Positions 60,701 through 64,000 of a stretch of DNA of 64,000 nucleotides are shown one piece after another. This DNA comes from Minisyncoccia bacterium (GTDB taxonomy: Bacteria; Patescibacteriota; Minisyncoccia; Phycocordibacterales; UBA918). How positions within the stretch are numbered: position 1 is the stretch's first letter; the number at the start of each line of letters is the position of its first letter. The stretch is taken from positions 171,446-235,445 of the forward strand of contig JBKBPM010000001.1 in assembly GCA_046293175.1 (NCBI GenBank), read 5' to 3'. The notes beneath the pieces were generated by a model. That model was not told the DNA's origin and ran no database searches. It worked only from the letters and a program-made list of their open reading frames with translations. Position numbers and translations under genes: made by a program.

Positions 60701-62804
60701 TTCGTGGTCAGCTATTCGCACGGCAAATGGAACTGGATCTGGAGATACTGATGCAACACGATACGTATTGGCAGCTGCCGCTGGTACAGCGACTAGTACA
60801 TTTAATAACCTTCGTCGTGGAATCTTCGTCTTTAACACTGCACCGATTGCAGACACCGATTACATTAGTGGAGCGACACTCTCATTTGTTGCTACAGCAA
60901 AAGGTGATCATGATGCAATAAATGAACGCTTTGCGAACCTGACGAGTGCGTCAACTGCATCAAATGTCGCGATTGCTGCTTCTGATTATCAGTCTCAGTC
61001 GGTACATACCACAAAACTTTCTACGGATAAAAGCATCAAATACGATATAGTTGCTGATAGTAGCACCTATACTGACTGGACACTAAATAGCGATGGTTTG
61101 GCTAACATCAGTACCAGTTCGGTTTCTAAGTTTGGTCTAAGATTTGTTGAAGATATTAGCAGTACTACCATGCCATGGAACTCTGGTTACAATTACGGCA
61201 TATCGATCAGACTGGCAGATACAGCCAATACTTCACTTGATCCAAAACTAGTAGTTGAACACAGTGCTACTTCATCACCAGTAGCAACAACCACCACCAT
61301 TCAAAACATCGCCTACACCTACGATGCGGTGGATAATATTACGCAGATTACTGACACATCAACAACTTTAGCAGCGAAGACTGTACAATTTACTTATGAT
61401 GACCTTAACCGCCTCACGAGAGCCTCAACTACAGTTGCTTCTTCTACACCATTCCTAGAGCAGTACACATACAATGCGATTGGTAATCTACTGACCAAAA
61501 CTGGACAGGGGACATACAGCTACGCTGGTACTGGCTTCGCGAACCCACACGCCCCAACCACCATTGGTACTTCCACCCTCACCTACGACCAAAATGGCAA
61601 CCTCGCCTCATACAACGGTGTGACGTATACCAGTAACTACAAAAACCAACTCACCACCCTCACCAAAAACAGCACCACCACCAAGTACACCTACGACCAC
61701 CAGGGCCAGCGCCTCGAAAAAGCCCGGGGCACCGGTACTACCACCTACGCCTCTGGCGGGTACGAAGTAGCACCAACCGGCGTCACCAAATACATCTACG
61801 CTGGTGGGGAACTAGTAGCCACCATCGCTGGTATAGGAACTACTACTACTACTACTACCTCCTATATCCATCGGGACCACCTATCCTCTACGAATGTAAC
61901 TACGAACCAAAGTGGAGGAGTATCTACCGTCTTAGACTACTACCCGTACGGCTCCACTCGTATCGAGACTGGCACACCACCTCAGAAACAATATATTGGC
62001 CAATACGATGACTCTGAATCAGATCTGGCGTACCTTAATGCGAGGTACTACGACCCAACACGTGGCCAATTTACCTCACAAGACCCCATGCACTGGGCGA
62101 TACCTGCCAATCTCATCGTCGACCCACAATTACAGAACTCGTATGGGTATGCCAAAAATAATCCGATTATCTATAAGGATCCAAATGGTGATATTCCTGT
62201 ACTAGTTGCTCTGTTTGGGGGCGCTGCACTGGCTGGTGCGATTGGTCAAGGTATCGAAGATATTGCGTCAGGTCAACTTTCTGGTTGGCAAGATTATGCA
62301 GGTGCAGCTGCTGGTGGTATGACAGGAATGGCTGCAGCACTAACAACGAAAAATCCTTTTGCCATTGGTGGAGTAACCTCGGGTAGTGAACAATTGTATA
62401 CAAATCTTCTTACAGGTGAAGAGGCAATGAGTGATGTGTTTTCTGAATCAGGTAAAGGCATAATTTTTGGTGGATTTATTGATTTGCGTATCCCTCTACT
62501 GTCTAAAGGTGCTAATAATATTTCAGCACGTACTCAAAGCATTATCACGAAGGTATCAAATGGTACAGTGTCAAATGCTTCTTTAAAAACTGTAAGAAAT
62601 GTCAGTATTTCTCAGTCTGTAAACAGTACCGCTCAATCTACATACAACGGTGTTGAGCATCGTTTATCAAACTCACAAGTAAAAAATGCGTCAAACAATA
62701 TAGAAAAGGCAACCAAAGCTTTTCAGAGCGGTAATTATACTGTAAGTCTCCGTTATTTGGAGAAAGCCAATCAGAATTTAAACAGTAACAAAAAGAAAAA
62801 ATAA
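54777..62804 (+). CDS. Rhs/YD-repeat polymorphic toxin (2675 aa) with a signal peptide, SpvB-like N-terminal region, FG-GAP-like repeats, YD repeats interrupted by a LamG-like domain, an Rhs core terminus and a Gly-zipper C-terminal domain
   Basis: The SpvB-like region reads ...GRNGMQPNLSLGYDGGANSQTSVFGYGWDISIPYISR. Six or more VDVNGDGLxD repeats span 56.09-57.04 kb. Many YTYDxxGNL YD repeats follow. A LamG-like block (...WYHVAFTRNQTTGALKFYVNGQQQG...DETAIWSRVLTDTEI) sits at about 59.33-60.02 kb. The core terminus reads ...LAYLNARYYDPTRGQFTSQDPM. The C-terminal ~235 aa are Gly/Ala-rich (GGAALAGAIGQGI...GAAAGGMTGMAAAL). Confidence 0.85.
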   Translation: MNFIFMRRFHSFSNMQSRYSLVAVARTVLVSFLTLSFLLVSSIPAEVFAEESAGTTEISNATTPPADTPVSEIENTNPETVTPNDDTEPPVEESAEQLTEVSDPEAVDTEEDPEKAPVEELEPESMAAMGAGGASGSGDASPLKTSLVDSTSGSFQTNYGIVVPPGRNGMQPNLSLGYDGGANSQTSVFGYGWDISIPYISRMNKTGSENLYATSSYFYSSLSGELVPTGVTNEYRARVESGSFLKYVYSNSVWTVTDKSGRTYTFGSASTTRQDNPSDSNQIYRWYIAEERDTNNNAISYSYYKNAGQIYPDTIYYTKNGADNGIFSVQFERESRTDVVTSYQARFAVKSNYRIKKIVAYVDGVAARSYALAYTNGDNQKRSLLSTITESGTEGSVTTTRLAQSFEYKNTSTEGWTSTSTWSTPEPFSSNSLDTGLRLVDVNGDSYQDLVRFYGTQGGQEFKSIYINNGLNGWTSTTTWNWSDMNLWFSVEGSTQNSRNDYGTRFLDVNGDGLTDAITGFDNLDGWSDYKVVYINNGSGWASSTWVLPVFITKKLGGSSTYDLGVRTGDINGDRLPDIVVSYVNGSGATSQEVYLNNGQNGWSQTTSWVVPEPFTNCATCTNPGLDLGTHLIDVNGDGLDDVVRSYSTSGTSTNKVYLNTGTNWVLDSSVQLPTYFVMTGDSGLRWVEVNGDGLIDLVRNATTSRVTYLNSGTGWTSLGQLPPTQMPFITTSGDSGVRAVDIDGDGQSDLIGNTGSTTYLNSRGFGDSLTQITFPQGGKIIASYQGSAEYRSGSQILNPKIPYTFTTVSQIQYDSNNDAIWTESYLYEDGFYHYASTSFRDRTFSGFGKITKTSPRAKTVSYYHQNNDTNSSNGETTDSYAKIGLEYKTFVNDLAGNNYITNVTKWSESALPGGASYISQQSQATLSHDGDSDHRDMAVEYSYDTNNGNLLQKIEYGEVTGATDGTFTDTGTDKYTTAFTYGASSTNPLFTLTIQASTTDQQNVLTRLTKYYYDNSTFGSVTKGNLTKQEDWATSTTYSTRQWEYNTFGLVGTTTDPRGNVSSVRYDSHNLYPSLAKNALGHITTSTYDYSNGQVKTNIDANSALYTFNYDGLDRLLEEYVPDPNNGSSTVLKNAYTYFDTSLPYRVHQSRYLNQYLTVDSNTYLDGFGQVIQTRQDMEQFNKYAVTDFVYDDGVLIRESVPYQANGSGYSPSTSNTNRLRTYSYDALDRKITIADMRGTSTLAYDQWQTLATDPLSRTKKTNNDAYGNLVSVIERNSGVDYTTTYTYDYGGKLTSLTDALSNVRKFTYDGLGRRLYAEDLHVATSSSFGVWRYQYDLAGNLGTSTNPRGQIVAYTYDALNRTLTENAASSTGVETSYTYDSCTKGVGKLCTVVVAFATTTYGYNNLGSMATETKQIRGTTYTTSYQYDRQGNQTMVQYPDNSVVRNTYNNAGLLDKVEQKENGGLFKNVVTALDYSPAQKVTLEAIANGATTTKTYDSIHRLTNILTTTTGTTTPSQCPSYILGSGLDTNLISYWNHNEYSSGSGAVTRFDSKGTNHLTDFNTTLSTVGMIDTASDLEVANTERLTITDAAQTGLDTQNDMTFATWLKFESLPGTNGRMYVVQKEDIFKFAPDFDVNGTDYLRLYLRDASGYYHNSVSWVPFVDTWYHVAFTRNQTTGALKFYVNGQQQGSTIMTGRTASLLNSVEDFNIGANPGEFDGAVDETAIWSRVLTDTEIACLYNNGGGISYSLGGIGGGGEAMRLLAMSESEQILKSADYSGSDTQEITVKTDITASSTIAAYDVYKQQLNSADASEKATLKGQMIAEKVISGRRVDRKEFKIDLFGVEPIDGGLQVYLRAFDAQGNQLGFGKDGTIDIERFKIYNPPISVPDGTYRDEEIEKLSGGTQIIKSPNFKDDPEEALYQVLEQTIKLTGKSGTKIVPKKIGRTTSVFYPDANPESSSVDGWTQYESTQISWSAIRTANGTGSGDTDATRYVLAAAAGTATSTFNNLRRGIFVFNTAPIADTDYISGATLSFVATAKGDHDAINERFANLTSASTASNVAIAASDYQSQSVHTTKLSTDKSIKYDIVADSSTYTDWTLNSDGLANISTSSVSKFGLRFVEDISSTTMPWNSGYNYGISIRLADTANTSLDPKLVVEHSATSSPVATTTTIQNIAYTYDAVDNITQITDTSTTLAAKTVQFTYDDLNRLTRASTTVASSTPFLEQYTYNAIGNLLTKTGQGTYSYAGTGFANPHAPTTIGTSTLTYDQNGNLASYNGVTYTSNYKNQLTTLTKNSTTTKYTYDHQGQRLEKARGTGTTTYASGGYEVAPTGVTKYIYAGGELVATIAGIGTTTTTTTSYIHRDHLSSTNVTTNQSGGVSTVLDYYPYGSTRIETGTPPQKQYIGQYDDSESDLAYLNARYYDPTRGQFTSQDPMHWAIPANLIVDPQLQNSYGYAKNNPIIYKDPNGDIPVLVALFGGAALAGAIGQGIEDIASGQLSGWQDYAGAAAGGMTGMAAALTTKNPFAIGGVTSGSEQLYTNLLTGEEAMSDVFSESGKGIIFGGFIDLRIPLLSKGANNISARTQSIITKVSNGTVSNASLKTVRNVSISQSVNSTAQSTYNGVEHRLSNSQVKNASNNIEKATKAFQSGNYTVSLRYLEKANQNLNSNKKKK

Positions 62805-62805
62805 T

Positions 62806-63360
62806 ATGTTGAACTATATTCCACGAAATTGGGTGTGGTATGTTGTTGCCTTAATATTGTTTGGTCCATATATTCTGATTAACGTTATGGAAAACGATAT
62901 GCTAGCTAGAATAATTGGTTTAGGTTTTATTCCAAATGGCGTAGTCTTAATATTACTTTATACAATTCTTAGTAAAGGATATGATTGGATTCAACCAACA
63001 GAGTGGTTTGAAAAAAAACTTCAAAAAGTAAATAAAGGAAAAATACTCATCTTCAGTAAAATATTTCTTTTTGGAGTATTAGTTCTTTTTCTACCCTTGT
63101 CATTAGGCTATTTCAAAGATGTTGTTTTGGTAAAAGATGGTTTAGCCCCAATGACATTTATTGCAACAATTTCTGATATACGAGTTGGTAAAGGTGCTCT
63201 AAATCTATATATTTATTTTGATGATCAGAATGAGAAAATGTCTGCTTATTATTTCTCCCGCAACACCTTTGAAGAAGGGTACACATATAAGTTCTGGTAC
63301 TTGCCAAATACTCGTCAGATAGTTAAAGCAGAACTCATATCCACCAACGAAACACAATGA
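62806..63360 (+). CDS. small multi-TM membrane protein, candidate immunity protein for the Rhs C-terminal domain
   Basis: A 184-aa protein with three TM helices begins 2 nt after the rhs stop. It is very AT-rich, and its stop overlaps the start of the downstream fragment (ATGA). Confidence 0.45.
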   Translation: MLNYIPRNWVWYVVALILFGPYILINVMENDMLARIIGLGFIPNGVVLILLYTILSKGYDWIQPTEWFEKKLQKVNKGKILIFSKIFLFGVLVLFLPLSLGYFKDVVLVKDGLAPMTFIATISDIRVGKGALNLYIYFDDQNEKMSAYYFSRNTFEEGYTYKFWYLPNTRQIVKAELISTNETQ

Positions 63361-63716
63361 CTACCCTCCAGAAAAATAGTACCACCACCTCATACACCTA
63401 CGACCACCTCGGCCAGCGTCTCGAAAAAGCCCGTGGTACCGGTACTACCACGTATGTGGGCGGTGGGTACGAAGTAGCACCAACTGGAGTCACCAAGTAT
63501 ATCTACGCTGGTGGGGAACTGGTAGCCACCATCGCTGGTATAGGAACTACTACTACCTCCTATATCCATCGGGACCACCTATCCTCTACGAATGTAACTA
63601 CGAACCAAAGTGGAGGAGTATCTACCGTCTTAGACTACTACCCGTACGGCTCCACTTGTATCGATATGGGTATACACCGAGTTAGCGGAACGAAATATTT
63701 AATTTATCAAATTTAA
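63357..63716 (+). pseudogene. orphan Rhs core fragment (119 aa) homologous to residues ~2290-2390 of the main Rhs protein
   Basis: TTLQKNSTTTSYTYDHLGQRLEKARGTGTTTYVGGGYEVAPTGVTKYIYAGGELVATIAGIGTTTTSYIHRDHLSSTNVTTNQSGGVSTVLDYYPYGST is near-identical to the main gene. The fragment diverges and terminates before the DPxG core end, with no toxin domain. Confidence 0.6.
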
Positions 63717-63726
63717 ACAGACTCCA

Positions 63727-63752
63727 AAAACCCACCAATTGGTGGTTTTTTA
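63727..63752 (+). terminator. Rho-independent terminator
   Basis: AAAACCCACCAATTGGTGGTTTTTT contains a palindromic stem followed by a T-run. Confidence 0.6.
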
Positions 63753-64000
63753 TTTTGTATCCAATAATCCCCAAAATGTGTGCACAAGTGGCTTGTGGGT
63801 GGGATGAAGTGGTGTATAGTGTAGTTGTGGTGGGAGATAGTGGTATAGAACGAAAGTTCTAGACAGATCCACAACTATCTCTGACAGCAGTCAGCATCGC
63901 TCCACCGATGGTGGCTGGTGTCAGGGATGGAAGTGGAATAGCTATCAAGACAACATTATGTTAATCGGGGAATATCGCCACACACTTGATCCTAAGAAAC

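Noticed and set aside
54777-62804. The giant ORF as an assembly or collapse artefact of repeated sequence
   Set aside because: The reading frame stays open for 8 kb with consistent protein-like composition. Its domains appear in the canonical Rhs order. Only the final ~300 nt are duplicated downstream.

Overview
This 64-kb chromosomal window has moderate GC by eye and high coding density, and from about 25 kb onward almost everything is on the + strand. Several traits point to a reduced-genome organism, possibly a Patescibacteria/CPR (Saccharibacteria-like) lineage. These are truncated ATP synthase epsilon and delta subunits, a short DnaX/delta-prime-like protein, few Shine-Dalgarno sequences with start codons often sitting just downstream of -10 hexamers, and many lineage-specific hypothetical proteins. 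That placement is inference and would need database searches to confirm. The conserved core comprises a complete F1Fo ATP synthase operon atpBEFHAGDC (4.5-11.1 kb) plus pgi, mutM, msrA, dsbB/dsbA, frr, rseP, proS, mreB-mreC-(mreD)-mrdA, greA, lysS, htrA and a holB-like gene. The accessory content is listed next. (1) A flavin-trafficking module: partial ApbE, an FMN-binding-domain membrane protein, and a polytopic-membrane/FNR-like reductase broken by a poly-T frameshift. (2) An AT-rich island carrying an ATP-grasp ligase and two divergently oriented paralogous proteins. (3) A glycoside-hydrolase cluster (GH1, a DMT-like permease and a clan GH-A hydrolase) with a duplicated GH1 5' fragment. (4) A VirB4/HerA-like P-loop ATPase followed by three large low-complexity proteins. 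(5) An approximately 9-kb Rhs/YD-repeat polymorphic-toxin locus: a 2675-aa protein with an SpvB-like N-terminal region, FG-GAP-like repeats, YD repeats interrupted by a LamG-like jelly-roll insert, and a glycine-zipper C-terminal domain, followed by a small membrane immunity candidate and an orphan rhs core fragment sharing a ~100-nt identical block. Non-coding signals include a recurring GTACA-N5-GTACRCCTCA motif (five full copies and one half copy), four palindromic operators flanking a YerC/TrpR-like gene, two GC-rich segments that look compositionally foreign, and numerous Rho-independent terminators. No rRNA, tRNA, CRISPR array or transposase was recognised.
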